From the NCBI GenBank assembly GCA_050177605.1, contig JBFXGX010000017.1, forward strand, positions 1 through 39,124: a stretch of DNA of 39,124 nt, written 5' to 3'. The notes beneath the pieces were generated by a model. The model did not search any database. It was not told the DNA's origin and worked only from the letters and a program-made list of their open reading frames with translations. This DNA is from Candidatus Izemoplasmatales bacterium. Lineage in GTDB: Bacteria; Bacillota_I; Bacilli_A; Izemoplasmatales; Hujiaoplasmataceae. Positions within the stretch are counted from its first letter, which is position 1, and each line of letters opens with the position of its first letter. Below, piece by piece: positions 27,848 through 37,711 of the stretch. Made by a program: the position numbers and the translations under genes.

Positions 27848-27961
27848 AAAAAAAGAAAAGAAATAAATATTTATCATTTACCATCAATCGAACTCGTAAA
27901 AAAGCTGTAAAATTTGAAATCGCTAACAAGTGAAAATTTTGTAAAATTGGACAGTACTATG

Positions 27962-28047
27962 TTGACAAAAAGGGATACTATGTTAAACTTATGATAGATT
28001 ATTTGAAGTTCAAAATGTTTGAAAATAAAACCTTTTAAACAGTCAAA
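27962..28047 (+). promoter_or_regulatory. Sigma-A promoter of the fab/acc operon with FabT-like operator boxes
   Basis: TTGACA (27962-27967), 16 bp, TG-n-TAAACT; TTTGA-AGT-TCAAA (28002-28014) plus two degenerate copies. Confidence 0.65.
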
Positions 28048-28095
28048 TGAATCAACCGTAAAATTTACTAATCACTAACCTTTGGAGGAAATGAA

Positions 28096-28320
28096 ATGTT
28101 TGAACAATTAGTCGACTTAATCGCTAACGAATTAAGTGTATCGAAAACTGCTATTACAAAAGAAACCCACCTACAAGATGATTTAGGTGCTGACTCACTT
28201 GATGCAGTAGAATTAGTTATGAGTATTGAAGAAGAATTTAACGTAACGGTTCCTGAAGATGTAGCCGCTAACTTAAAAACAGTTGGCGACATTGTAACCT
28301 TTCTAGAAAATAATCTTTAA
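28096..28320 (+). CDS. acpP: Acyl carrier protein
   Basis: DDLGADSLDAVELVM phosphopantetheine site; RBS GGAGG. Confidence 0.97.
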   Translation: MFEQLVDLIANELSVSKTAITKETHLQDDLGADSLDAVELVMSIEEEFNVTVPEDVAANLKTVGDIVTFLENNL

Positions 28321-28327
28321 TGCACCC

Positions 28328-28357
28328 AAAAATAGACGATGCACTCGTCTATTTTTT
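28328..28357 (+). terminator. Intra-operon hairpin/terminator after acpP
   Basis: AAAAATAGACGA-TGCAC-TCGTCTATTTTTT. Confidence 0.75.
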
Positions 28358-28383
28358 ATAAGAGGATAAAAGGAGAAAACCTT

Positions 28384-28818
28384 ATGAAATATAATGATGT
28401 ACTAAAAATAATCAAAGATTTTGAAAACACAAGTCTCACTTCCTTAGAACTTGAAATTGAAGATATTAAAGTCAAAATGACTAAAAATACAAGTGTTACA
28501 AAAGAAGTTGTCTCACCAGTAGTTGCCGATCAAACCACTATAAAAGAAAAAGCACCTGTGCAAGAAGAAAAACCAGCTGGTTTTCTTGTTAAAAGTCCTT
28601 TGGTAGGAACCTATTATAGTTCCGCAAGTCCAGAAGCAAGCCCTTTTGTGCGCGTTGGAGACAAAGTTAAAAAAGGCGATACACTTTGCATCATTGAAGC
28701 CATGAAAATAATGAATGAAATAAGTGCGCCAGTCGCTGGAACGATTACATCAATCAAAGCTAAAAACAGCGATACGATTGGTTATGATCAAGTCTTGATG
28801 ACGATTGACAATGCATAA
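28384..28818 (+). CDS. accB: Acetyl-CoA carboxylase biotin carboxyl carrier protein
   Basis: KSPLVGTYY and IIEAMKIMNEI biotinylation motif; ATG 28384 after AAGGAG. Confidence 0.95.
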   Translation: MKYNDVLKIIKDFENTSLTSLELEIEDIKVKMTKNTSVTKEVVSPVVADQTTIKEKAPVQEEKPAGFLVKSPLVGTYYSSASPEASPFVRVGDKVKKGDTLCIIEAMKIMNEISAPVAGTITSIKAKNSDTIGYDQVLMTIDNA

Positions 28819-30166
28819 TAAAGTACTGATTGCCAATCGTGGAGAAATTGCCGTAAGAATCATCAGAGCGTGTAAGGAACTTGGAATCAAAACGGTCGCA
28901 GTCTATTCAACTGCCGATGAGCATAACTTACAAGTCAAATTTGCAGATGAAGCAATTTGTATTGGCAAAGAAAGGAGTTCTGACTCCTATTTAAATATGA
29001 ATCGTATATTAAGCGCAGCGATAAGTTCTGGTTGTAATGCGATTCACCCAGGATATGGGTTTTTATCAGAAAATGAGAAATTTGTCCAAATTATCGAAGA
29101 ATGTAATTTGACTTTTATTGGACCTAAAAGCGAAGTAATTGCGAAACTAGGAAATAAATCTGAAGCGCGTAAAATGGCAAAGAAATGTAATATTCCGATT
29201 GTAGAAGGTTCTGATGGTGCCCTTGAAAGTGCAGAAGAAGGTCTCGAAATTGCCTCAAGAATTGGTTATCCCGTTTTACTGAAAGCACTGAATGGTGGTG
29301 GAGGCAAAGGAATGGCTGTTGTCAGGCAAGAAGAAGACTTCGTTAAACTATTTCATCAAACACAAATGGAAGCGAAAGCGAACTTTGGAGACGATCAAGT
29401 TTATCTAGAAAAATTCATTGAAAATGCAAGACATATTGAAATTCAATTAATTGGAGACAATTTTGGGAATGTGATTCATCTTGGGGAACGTGATTGTTCA
29501 ATGCAACGTCGCAATCAAAAAATGATTGAAGAGTCCCCATCGCCTGTGATGACACCATTGTTAAGAAGAACGATGGGTCAAGCAGCTGTACATTTAGCAA
29601 AAAGTGTTGGATATACAAATGCAGGGACTGTTGAATTCATTGTCGATAAAGATAATAAATTTTACTTTATTGAGATGAACACAAGAATCCAAGTAGAACA
29701 TCCAGTGACTGAACTAGCTACAGGAATTGATTTAGTAAAAGAACAAATTCGCATAGCGTATGGGAATGCTCTTTCAATCAAACAAAGAGATGTTCATATT
29801 TCCGGACATACAATTGAATGTCGTATCAATGCAGAAGATCCGAATCATCAATTTAGACCATCGCCAGGATTAATCAAAAACATTGTTTTTCCAGGTGGTA
29901 ATGGCGTCAGAATTGATACTGCAATTTATGGTGGATACACTGTCCCACCCTACTATGATTCCATGCTAGCAAAATTAATCGTTCATGCACCTTCAAGAAA
30001 AGAAGCAATTCGAAAAATGAGGGTCGCGCTAGAACAATTTATCATCGATGGTATTACAACAAATATCGATTTTCTTTATGTAATGATGCATAATGCAGAT
30101 TTCGTCAAAGGAAATTATAATACTGCATTTATCAAAAAAGTGATAGAGGAGGAACAAAATGGATAA
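28811..30166 (+). CDS. accC: Biotin carboxylase
   Basis: KVLIANRGEIA, HPGYGFLSEN, GGGGKGM, ERDCSMQRRNQK, EMNTRIQVEH, YYDSMLAK. Confidence 0.97.
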   Translation: MHNKVLIANRGEIAVRIIRACKELGIKTVAVYSTADEHNLQVKFADEAICIGKERSSDSYLNMNRILSAAISSGCNAIHPGYGFLSENEKFVQIIEECNLTFIGPKSEVIAKLGNKSEARKMAKKCNIPIVEGSDGALESAEEGLEIASRIGYPVLLKALNGGGGKGMAVVRQEEDFVKLFHQTQMEAKANFGDDQVYLEKFIENARHIEIQLIGDNFGNVIHLGERDCSMQRRNQKMIEESPSPVMTPLLRRTMGQAAVHLAKSVGYTNAGTVEFIVDKDNKFYFIEMNTRIQVEHPVTELATGIDLVKEQIRIAYGNALSIKQRDVHISGHTIECRINAEDPNHQFRPSPGLIKNIVFPGGNGVRIDTAIYGGYTVPPYYDSMLAKLIVHAPSRKEAIRKMRVALEQFIIDGITTNIDFLYVMMHNADFVKGNYNTAFIKKVIEEEQNG

Positions 30167-31028
30167 TTTTTTTGAACAACATCGTAATAAAGTTGAAACA
30201 TTCAAAGAGACTTACCGAAAAAAGGTAGATCTATCCGTCAAAGTCAATATTCCTGATCATTTATTCATCAAGTGTGATCATTGTAATGAACTCATCTACA
30301 GAAGCGATTTAGAAGAAAATTTCTATGTTTGCCCTCATTGTAATGAGTATTTCACGCTGAATGCGAGAAATCGTCTTGAAATGGTTGTGGACAACGGCAC
30401 ATTTGAAGAATTATTTCCTTATGTCATGAGTTCAAACCCATTAGCATTTGAGGGCTATGAAAGTAAAATCGAGAATTACCAAGAAAAGACTTCAGAAATT
30501 GAAGCTTTTGTAAGTGGAATTGCAAAAATTTATAACCGTCCAGTTGCGATTGGTGCCCTTGATAGTACATTTATGATGGGAAGTATGGGAAGTGTCGTCG
30601 GTGAAAAAGTGACGAGACTGACGGAATATGCCACAAAAAACAAGTTACCTTTAATCATATTCTCTGCCTCCGGTGGCGCTAGAATGCAAGAAGGTATATT
30701 CTCACTGATGCAAATGGCAAAAACGAGTGCAGCTTTAGAAAAACATTCGAAAGCAGGATTACTCTATATGAGTGTACTAACGCATCCGACAACAGGAGGA
30801 GTAGCCGCTAGTTTTGCGTCTCTTGGAGATATCAACATCGCAGAAGAAGGCGCTTTAATTGGATTTGCTGGGCAACGCGTAATTAAACAAACGATTGGAG
30901 AAAACTTACCAGTTGGATTCCAAACAGCTGAGTTCCAATTAGAAAAAGGTATGGTCGATTTAGTTGTAAAAAGAAAAGATATGAAAAAAACAATCGTGAA
31001 ATTACTCCGATTTCACCAAGGAAATTAA
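30159..31028 (+). CDS. accD: Carboxyltransferase beta subunit
   Basis: C4 zinc finger (CDHC...CPHC), FMMGSMGSVVGEK, SGGARMQEG, PTTGGVAASFA. Confidence 0.96.
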   Translation: MDNFFEQHRNKVETFKETYRKKVDLSVKVNIPDHLFIKCDHCNELIYRSDLEENFYVCPHCNEYFTLNARNRLEMVVDNGTFEELFPYVMSSNPLAFEGYESKIENYQEKTSEIEAFVSGIAKIYNRPVAIGALDSTFMMGSMGSVVGEKVTRLTEYATKNKLPLIIFSASGGARMQEGIFSLMQMAKTSAALEKHSKAGLLYMSVLTHPTTGGVAASFASLGDINIAEEGALIGFAGQRVIKQTIGENLPVGFQTAEFQLEKGMVDLVVKRKDMKKTIVKLLRFHQGN

Positions 31029-31030
31029 GT

Positions 31031-31831
31031 ATGTCTCGCACAGCTTGGGAACAAGTTCAACTTGCACGACATCCTAAACGACCTACTTCTATTACACTGA
31101 TTCAATCCATCTTTCCAGATTTCTTAGAATTACATGGTGATCAACAGTTCTCTGATGATCACGCTTTTATTGCAGGGATTGCTAGTCTAAAAGATATGCC
31201 TATCACTATAATCGCTCAAGAAAAAGGAAAAACAACCGAAGAAAAAATCAAAAGAAACTTTGGAATGCCACATCCCGAAGGATATCATAAAGCAATGAGA
31301 TTAGCCTCTCAAGCTGAGAAGTTTCATCGACCAATATTATTTATCATCGATACACCTGGAGCCTATCCTGGACTTGGTGCCGAAGAGAGAGGTCAAGCAC
31401 TAGCAATCGCTAAATCAATCCAAACACTTTTTTCAATTAAAACTCCGATTATCAGTGTGGTCTTAAGTGAAGGTGGAAGTGGTGGTGCGCTCGCAATTGG
31501 CGTTGCGGATCAAGTATGGATGTTTGAAAACGCGACGTATTCAATTTTATCACCTGAAGGATTTGCGTCTATTTTATATAAAGATGCTTCCCTCGCAAAA
31601 AATGCTGCAGAGGATATGAAACTGACAAGCAATGATTTATTAAAGTTTGGGATCATTGACGATATTATCAAAGAATCAAATGAAGGATTACATGAAGGAT
31701 ATCTTCATACCTTTGAAGAATTAAAAGAAAAACTCTATGATACTTTTAAGCTACTCTCTGTAATAGATATCAATGAATTACTGGAAAAAAGGTATCAAAA
31801 ATATCGCAAATTCGGAGAGTTCGAAGGATAG
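31031..31831 (+). CDS. accA: Carboxyltransferase alpha subunit
   Basis: ARHPKRP, NFGMPHPEGY, DTPGAYPG, EGGSGGALA, SPEGFASIL. Confidence 0.96.
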   Translation: MSRTAWEQVQLARHPKRPTSITLIQSIFPDFLELHGDQQFSDDHAFIAGIASLKDMPITIIAQEKGKTTEEKIKRNFGMPHPEGYHKAMRLASQAEKFHRPILFIIDTPGAYPGLGAEERGQALAIAKSIQTLFSIKTPIISVVLSEGGSGGALAIGVADQVWMFENATYSILSPEGFASILYKDASLAKNAAEDMKLTSNDLLKFGIIDDIIKESNEGLHEGYLHTFEELKEKLYDTFKLLSVIDINELLEKRYQKYRKFGEFEG

Positions 31832-31861
31832 ACAATACTTAAGAAAAGGAAATGAACTACA

Positions 31862-32806
31862 GTGGATATCAAATCAAATCAAATCAAATTAATTGGTTCA
31901 GGCCACTTCACGCCTGAACGAATTCTTTCTAACGCAGATTTAGAAAAAATAGTCGAAACAACTGACGAGTGGATTACTACTCGAACAGGAATTAAAGAAA
32001 GAAGAATTGCATCAGATGGCGTCGATACTTCAGACTTAGCAACCGAAGCAGCGAGAAGAGCAATTGAATCTGCAGGTATTGACCCAGCAACCATTGATTT
32101 AATCATTGTCGCAACGTTCACACCTGATTATAAAAGTCCATCGGTTGCGAATATTGTTCAAGCAAAACTTGGATTAAATGCTAATCCGATTACCGCATTT
32201 GATGTGAATGCCGCATGTACTGGATTTATCTATGCTTTAAATGTGGCTGCGCAAATGTTAAAGAGTGAGAACTTTCATCGTGCTTTAGTCATCGGTAGTG
32301 AAAAAATATCGAAAGTCACTGATTTCACAGATCGAAATACGTGTGTTCTCTTTGGAGATGGCGCAGGTGCAGTTATTCTTGAAAGAGGAGACAGTACGAC
32401 ACCATGGAATTTCTTTGCAGCATCGAAGGGTGACTTAGATAACATTTTATATGTAGATAATTATGTCCATATGGAAGGCCAAAAAGTCTATCAATTCGCT
32501 ACACGAGCAATTGATTCAGCAATCAGATTATTGCTGGACTATGATCAAACCAGCGTCGATGAGATTGATATGATCATTCCTCACCAAGCAAATTTAAGAA
32601 TCATTCAAAGTGCTGCGAAATCGCTAGAATTAGGATTAGATCGTTTCTATGTGAATTTACATAAATATGGAAATACTTCTGCCGCAAGTATTGCAATTGC
32701 ACTAGATGAATACTTAAGATCAACACCTAGTGATAAGTTAAGAACATTAATCTTAGTTGGATTTGGTGCTGGCCTCACATGGGGCGCATGCAAGATAACA
32801 GTATAG
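31862..32806 (+). CDS. fabH: 3-oxoacyl-ACP synthase III
   Basis: WITTRTGIKERR, AACTGF, FGDGAGA, PHQAN, YGNTSAAS, FGAGLTWG; GTG start. Confidence 0.96.
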   Translation: MDIKSNQIKLIGSGHFTPERILSNADLEKIVETTDEWITTRTGIKERRIASDGVDTSDLATEAARRAIESAGIDPATIDLIIVATFTPDYKSPSVANIVQAKLGLNANPITAFDVNAACTGFIYALNVAAQMLKSENFHRALVIGSEKISKVTDFTDRNTCVLFGDGAGAVILERGDSTTPWNFFAASKGDLDNILYVDNYVHMEGQKVYQFATRAIDSAIRLLLDYDQTSVDEIDMIIPHQANLRIIQSAAKSLELGLDRFYVNLHKYGNTSAASIAIALDEYLRSTPSDKLRTLILVGFGAGLTWGACKITV

Positions 32807-32815
32807 GAGACTGCA

Positions 32816-33748
32816 ATGAAAAATATATGTGAATTATTGAATATAAAATACCCTCTCATTCAAGGAGGAATGGCCAATGTTGCTAATCACATTCTTGCGA
32901 GTGCTGTTAGTAACGCAGGTGGGCTTGGTCTGATTGCTAGTGGTGGAGATAACGCCGCAACCATTCGTGAAAAAATTCGATTATGTCGTGAATTGACCGA
33001 TAAACCCTTTGGCGTGAATTTAATGCTTATGAATCCTAACGCAAAAGAAATTGCAGAGATGCTCGCAGAAGAAAAAGTAGAAGTTGTGACTACTGGTGCT
33101 GGGAATCCAGGACCCTATATGGCAATGTGGAAAGAAGCAGGAATCAAAGTCATTCCTGTTGTCCCAAGTGTTGCTTTAGCGGTAAGAATGGAAAGAGCTG
33201 GTGCTGATGCTGTAATCGCTGAAGGCACTGAATCAGGAGGGCATATTGGTGAGTTAACAACGATGGCACTTGTGCCACAAGTTGCGGATGCGGTTCATAT
33301 TCCGGTCATCGCTGCGGGAGGTATTGCCGACCATCGACAAGTGCTCGCTGCATTTTCTCTTGGAGCGAAAGGTGTTCAAGTTGGCACTGTTTTACTTGCG
33401 ACTGTAGAATGTCCGATTCATCAAAATTATAAAGATATGGTAATTAAAGCGAAAGATATCGATACTGTCGTGACTGGAAGACAAACAGGAGCGCCTGTTC
33501 GTGTGCTAAAAAATCCAATGGCTAGAGAATACTTGGCTTTATCAAATCAAAATGTTCCTCTTGCTGAACTCGAAAAATTAACACTAGGTTCTTTAAGAAG
33601 AGCTGTCTTTGATGGTGATATTGAAAGAGGATCCTTTATGGCTGGTCAAGTCAGTGGAATGATCAAAGAAATCAGGACAATCAAAGAAGTTATCGAAGGA
33701 TTATTTGAGCCTGTGAACGATTATCAAAATAATCTACATGTACTATGA
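32816..33748 (+). CDS. fabK: Enoyl-ACP reductase II
   Basis: YPLIQGGMA, TDKPFGVN, EGTESGGHIG, VIAAGGI; position in the fab cluster. Confidence 0.92.
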   Translation: MKNICELLNIKYPLIQGGMANVANHILASAVSNAGGLGLIASGGDNAATIREKIRLCRELTDKPFGVNLMLMNPNAKEIAEMLAEEKVEVVTTGAGNPGPYMAMWKEAGIKVIPVVPSVALAVRMERAGADAVIAEGTESGGHIGELTTMALVPQVADAVHIPVIAAGGIADHRQVLAAFSLGAKGVQVGTVLLATVECPIHQNYKDMVIKAKDIDTVVTGRQTGAPVRVLKNPMAREYLALSNQNVPLAELEKLTLGSLRRAVFDGDIERGSFMAGQVSGMIKEIRTIKEVIEGLFEPVNDYQNNLHVL

Positions 33749-34674
33749 GTAAAATAGCAATTCTGTTTCCTGGTCAAGGCGCACAGTCGATTGGCATGGG
33801 AAAATCATTTTATGAATCATCGGAAACAGCGAGAGCAGTCTATAAAAAAGCAAGTGACTACTTAAAGGTCGACATTGAAAAGATTTGTTTTGAAGAGAAT
33901 GATCTAATCAATCAAACCATCTATACGCAAAAGGCAATTTTTGTCACCTCTACAGCCATCTATGAAACGTTAAAAGAGAAATATCCTATTCAAATCGATG
34001 GGATTCTTGGTTTCAGTTTGGGTGAGTATTCAGCAATGTATGCTTCAGGAATCTTTTCTTTTGAAGAAATGTTATCCCTGATTGAGCATCGCGCTACATG
34101 GATGGAAGAATGTGCGAGTAAGCATCCAGGACTGATGGGAGCGCTCATTGGAGGAGATGCTCACTTGATTGAACAATTTGCATCTGAAACAACGAAGAAT
34201 ATAGGATTATTACAAATTGCTAATTATAATTCTCCTAGTCAAAAAGTGTTGTCAGGTGTACCCGAGGCTTTTGAGCATTTGCAAAATCATCTGTTGGAAC
34301 TTGGTATAAAAAGATTGATTATGCTGAATGTAAGTGGTGCTTTTCATAGTCCTTTGATGGAAGAAGCCGCCTTGAAGATGAAACAGCTTGTTTCAACGCT
34401 TGACTTTAAGAAACCAAAAATTAACATTGTGATGAACGCTACAGCAGCCTATCTTAAAATCAATGAGTTGCCTGAACTTGTGTACAAACAACTATCAGGT
34501 CCCGTTCGATTTGAAGAATCGATTCGCTATCTAATTCAAGAAGGTTTCGATACTTTTATTGAAGTAGGTCCAGGAAAAGTCTTATCTGGATTAGTCAAAA
34601 AAATAGATGATCGTGTAAAAGTAAAATCTATTACTGAATACAACGATTTTGTAAATATGGAGGAACTTTTGTGA
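33745..34674 (+). CDS. fabD: Malonyl-CoA:ACP transacylase
   Basis: FPGQGAQ, GFSLGEY, ANYNSP, VSGAFHS, EVGPGKVL. Confidence 0.95.
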   Translation: MSKIAILFPGQGAQSIGMGKSFYESSETARAVYKKASDYLKVDIEKICFEENDLINQTIYTQKAIFVTSTAIYETLKEKYPIQIDGILGFSLGEYSAMYASGIFSFEEMLSLIEHRATWMEECASKHPGLMGALIGGDAHLIEQFASETTKNIGLLQIANYNSPSQKVLSGVPEAFEHLQNHLLELGIKRLIMLNVSGAFHSPLMEEAALKMKQLVSTLDFKKPKINIVMNATAAYLKINELPELVYKQLSGPVRFEESIRYLIQEGFDTFIEVGPGKVLSGLVKKIDDRVKVKSITEYNDFVNMEELL

Positions 34675-35417
34675 GTTTAGAAGGAAAAGTCGCTGTCGTA
34701 ACTGGTGGTGCAAAAGGAATCGGAAAAGAAATCGTTAAACAACTAGCTGCGAAAGGTGTAAAAGTAGTCATCAACTATAATACATCCAGTCTACACGCAG
34801 AAGCTTTACAAAAAGAATGTCAGGATTTAGGCGAAACTGTCCATATTGTTCAAGCAAACGTTGGAAAGTTTGAAGAAGCAGAAAAACTTATCAATGAAGC
34901 AGTAGCAACCTTTGGACAGATTGATATTTTAGTAAATAATGCAGGAATTACTAAAGATAATCTGATTTTAAGAATGTCTGAAGACGATTTTGACCAAGTG
35001 ATTGAAACAAATTTAAAAGGCGCATGGAATCTATCCAAAGTGGCTTCGAAATTTATGGCAAAGCAGAAATACGGAAAAATTATTAATATCACTTCTGTTT
35101 CTGGGATGATGGGAAATGCAGGACAAACGAATTACGCTGCATCGAAAGCTGGACTCATAGGCTTAACGATGTCTCTTGCGAGAGAGTTTGCGAGAAGAAA
35201 TATCACCGTAAATGCGATTGCGCCAGGATTTATTGAAACAGATATGACATCCAAATTAAATGAAGAAACAGTTACCTATTTTTTAAATCAAATACCAATG
35301 AATCGATTAGGTAAAACAGAAGATATCGCACAGATGTGTCTATTTCTTGCATCGGATGCATCTAACTATATTACAGGACAAGTATTCCGCGTTGATGGCG
35401 GATTAATTATGGGGTAA
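34671..35417 (+). CDS. fabG: 3-oxoacyl-ACP reductase
   Basis: TGGAKGIG, NNAGITKD, YAASK, APGFIETDMT. Confidence 0.96.
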   Translation: MSLEGKVAVVTGGAKGIGKEIVKQLAAKGVKVVINYNTSSLHAEALQKECQDLGETVHIVQANVGKFEEAEKLINEAVATFGQIDILVNNAGITKDNLILRMSEDDFDQVIETNLKGAWNLSKVASKFMAKQKYGKIINITSVSGMMGNAGQTNYAASKAGLIGLTMSLAREFARRNITVNAIAPGFIETDMTSKLNEETVTYFLNQIPMNRLGKTEDIAQMCLFLASDASNYITGQVFRVDGGLIMG

Positions 35418-35420
35418 AGT

Positions 35421-36674
35421 ATGAAAAGAAGAGTTGTAGTAACTGGTATGGGGGCCGTTACTCCCATTGGAAATGATGTATCAAGTTTATGGCAAAATGC
35501 CATAAACGGTAAAAATGGTATTGCGCCAATCACGCTATTTGATGTTTCCAATATGAAGGTCAAAATAGCAGGTGAAGTGAAAAATCTTGTCATCGAAGAT
35601 TATTTAGAACCAAAAGAGGCTAGAAGATTAGACCGCACCATCTCTCTTGGGTTAATTGCTGCTATGGAAGCTTATAATGATTCTAACTTAGCAAATGCTG
35701 TGTTTGATCATGATCGTTTTGGCACTTTTGTATCTTCAGGTATTGGCGGTCTTTGGACGATTAACGAAGAAGCAAGAAAAGCTCATGAAAAAGGTCCTGA
35801 CCGTATTTCTCCTTTCTTTATACCTAATGCGATTGTGAATTTGGTGGGTGGACATATTGCCATTAAATATCAAGCAAAAGGACCAGCATTACCCGTTGTA
35901 ACAGCTTGTTCATCTGCGACGAATTCGATTGGCGAAGCCTTTCGATATATCCGTGATGGATATATTGAAGTTGCTTTTGCAGGAGGGGCTGAAGCTCCAA
36001 TAAACGAACTTGGCGTAGGTGGCTTTACAAGTATGAAGGCACTGAATTTTTCTAATAATCCAGATGAAGCTTCCATCCCATTCGATAAACGAAGAAGTGG
36101 ATTTGTAATTGCTGAAGGCGCAGGGGTTCTTATTTTAGAAGAATATGAACATGCACTTGCAAGAAAAGCTAAAATTTATGCTGAAATTGTTGGATATTCA
36201 ACGACTTGTGATGCTTTCCATATGACGCAACCAGACGAAACTGCTTATGGAATTACAAAATGTATGGAAAATGCGCTAGAGGATGCACACATTACATATA
36301 AAGATATTCAATATATCAATCCTCACGGAACATCGACATATTATAATGATAAATTTGAAACCTTAGGACTTAAAAACGTATTTAAAGAACATGCCCCAAA
36401 TCTTTTTATTGGTGCGACTAAATCTATGCATGGACATAGTTTAGGAGCGGTAGGCGGAATTGAAGCCATCCTCACTGTCAAAGCTCTAGAAGAAGGGATT
36501 GTGCCACCAACGATTAACTACGTTGAACCAGATCCGGATTGTGATTTATTTTATGTTCCAAATCAAGCCGTAAAAGCAGATTTAGTTTATGGAATGAGTA
36601 ATGGACTTGGTTTTGGTGGACAAAATGCATCAATTATCTTTAAAAAATGGGAGGACAACAAAATTGTTAAATAG
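35421..36674 (+). CDS. fabF: 3-oxoacyl-ACP synthase II
   Basis: [45 protein letters not shown]. Confidence 0.96.
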   Translation: MKRRVVVTGMGAVTPIGNDVSSLWQNAINGKNGIAPITLFDVSNMKVKIAGEVKNLVIEDYLEPKEARRLDRTISLGLIAAMEAYNDSNLANAVFDHDRFGTFVSSGIGGLWTINEEARKAHEKGPDRISPFFIPNAIVNLVGGHIAIKYQAKGPALPVVTACSSATNSIGEAFRYIRDGYIEVAFAGGAEAPINELGVGGFTSMKALNFSNNPDEASIPFDKRRSGFVIAEGAGVLILEEYEHALARKAKIYAEIVGYSTTCDAFHMTQPDETAYGITKCMENALEDAHITYKDIQYINPHGTSTYYNDKFETLGLKNVFKEHAPNLFIGATKSMHGHSLGAVGGIEAILTVKALEEGIVPPTINYVEPDPDCDLFYVPNQAVKADLVYGMSNGLGFGGQNASIIFKKWEDNKIVK

Positions 36675-37089
36675 CAACCAAATTCAAGAAATCATCCCAC
36701 ATCGTTATCCATTTTTAATGGTTGATCGTATTACAGAAATGGAAGAAGGCGTTAGTGCTGTTGGCGAAAAAAATGTAACTGCAAACGAACCCTATTTTCA
36801 AGGTCATTTTCCGCAAGAACATGTAATGCCAGGCGTGTTAATGATTGAAGCTCTTGCACAAGTAGGAGCAGTTACTCTTCTTGCAAAACCTGAAAACAAG
36901 GGAAAAATCGCATACTTTGCAGGGTTAAAAGAAGCAAAATTTAGAAGAAAAGTTATTCCAGGAGACACATTACGTTTGGAAGTAATCATCACAAAATTTA
37001 AAGCGAAATTTGGTGTTGGTAAGGGGCTTGCTTATGTTGGTAATGAACTTGCTTGCGAAGCAGAGTTTTCCTTTATATTAGGTACCTAG
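36664..37089 (+). CDS. fabZ: 3-hydroxyacyl-ACP dehydratase
   Basis: [31 protein letters not shown] start at 36664 after GGGAGG (ORF track starts at 36601). Confidence 0.95.
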   Translation: MLNSNQIQEIIPHRYPFLMVDRITEMEEGVSAVGEKNVTANEPYFQGHFPQEHVMPGVLMIEALAQVGAVTLLAKPENKGKIAYFAGLKEAKFRRKVIPGDTLRLEVIITKFKAKFGVGKGLAYVGNELACEAEFSFILGT

Positions 37090-37090
37090 A

Positions 37091-37606
37091 ATGTCTTTAT
37101 TTACAAATATCATCTTTTTTCAAACGCTAGATTCAACTAGTGAGTATTTAAAACGTTATTACGCTGAAATTCCTGATCATACAATTGTCGTTGCTTCCTA
37201 TCAAACAGAAGGAAAAGGACAGTTTGAACGTACTTGGGAATCTCAAGAAGGAAAGAATTTACTGTTTTCAATTCTCTTTAAGGATAATACTGACCCAGGC
37301 ATCGTCAATCAATCGTTTATCAAATCGATGGATCAATTGCTTCGTGATTATGAGATTAAGTCTTGGTTTAAAGAACCTAATGATATCTACGTATATGAAA
37401 AGAAGATTGCTGGGATACTAATGGAAACGAAATTTGAAGAAAATAACCGTGAGTATTTAATTGTTGGGATAGGTATAAACGTGAATCAACAATACTTTGA
37501 AATTGAAAATGCTGTTTCGATGTCTTTGGCAAACGGTATTACTTACGTTTTGCAAGATGTCCTTGCAAAATTCCTTGAGTATTTCGAAAAAAATCTATAT
37601 GAATAA
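37091..37606 (+). CDS. birA: Biotin-protein ligase, catalytic domain only
   Basis: DSTS, QTEGKGQFERTWES, KEPND, KKIAGIL, GIGINVN; no N-terminal HTH. Confidence 0.9.
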   Translation: MSLFTNIIFFQTLDSTSEYLKRYYAEIPDHTIVVASYQTEGKGQFERTWESQEGKNLLFSILFKDNTDPGIVNQSFIKSMDQLLRDYEIKSWFKEPNDIYVYEKKIAGILMETKFEENNREYLIVGIGINVNQQYFEIENAVSMSLANGITYVLQDVLAKFLEYFEKNLYE

Positions 37607-37629
37607 AGGGACGAAAGTCTCTTTTTTTT
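37605..37629 (+). terminator. Terminator of the fab/acc operon
   Basis: AAAGGGAC-GAAA-GTCTCTTT followed by a T run. Confidence 0.8.
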
Positions 37630-37652
37630 CTAAAATGAACTATATGAAAAAA

Positions 37653-37684
37653 TATTGTATTTTTTATAAAAATAATGTACAATA
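37653..37684 (+). promoter_or_regulatory. Sigma-A promoter for the nfeD-flotillin operon (symmetric)
   Basis: TTGTAT (37655-37660), 17 bp, TACAAT (37678-37683). Confidence 0.55.
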
Positions 37685-37711
37685 AAATATAGAAGTATGG
37701 AGGTGCATGTT

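Noticed and set aside
28040..28080. FapR operator (TTAGTA-N5-TACTAA) near TTTACTAATCACTAA
   Set aside because: Only a half-site matches
3256..37685. Numerous 60-96 aa ORFs overlapping assigned genes, antisense or off-frame (e.g. 4254-4532, 9675-9965, 19656-19946, 31879-32121, 37185-37421)
   Set aside because: They lie within well-supported CDSs or span terminators, with no RBS or family signal
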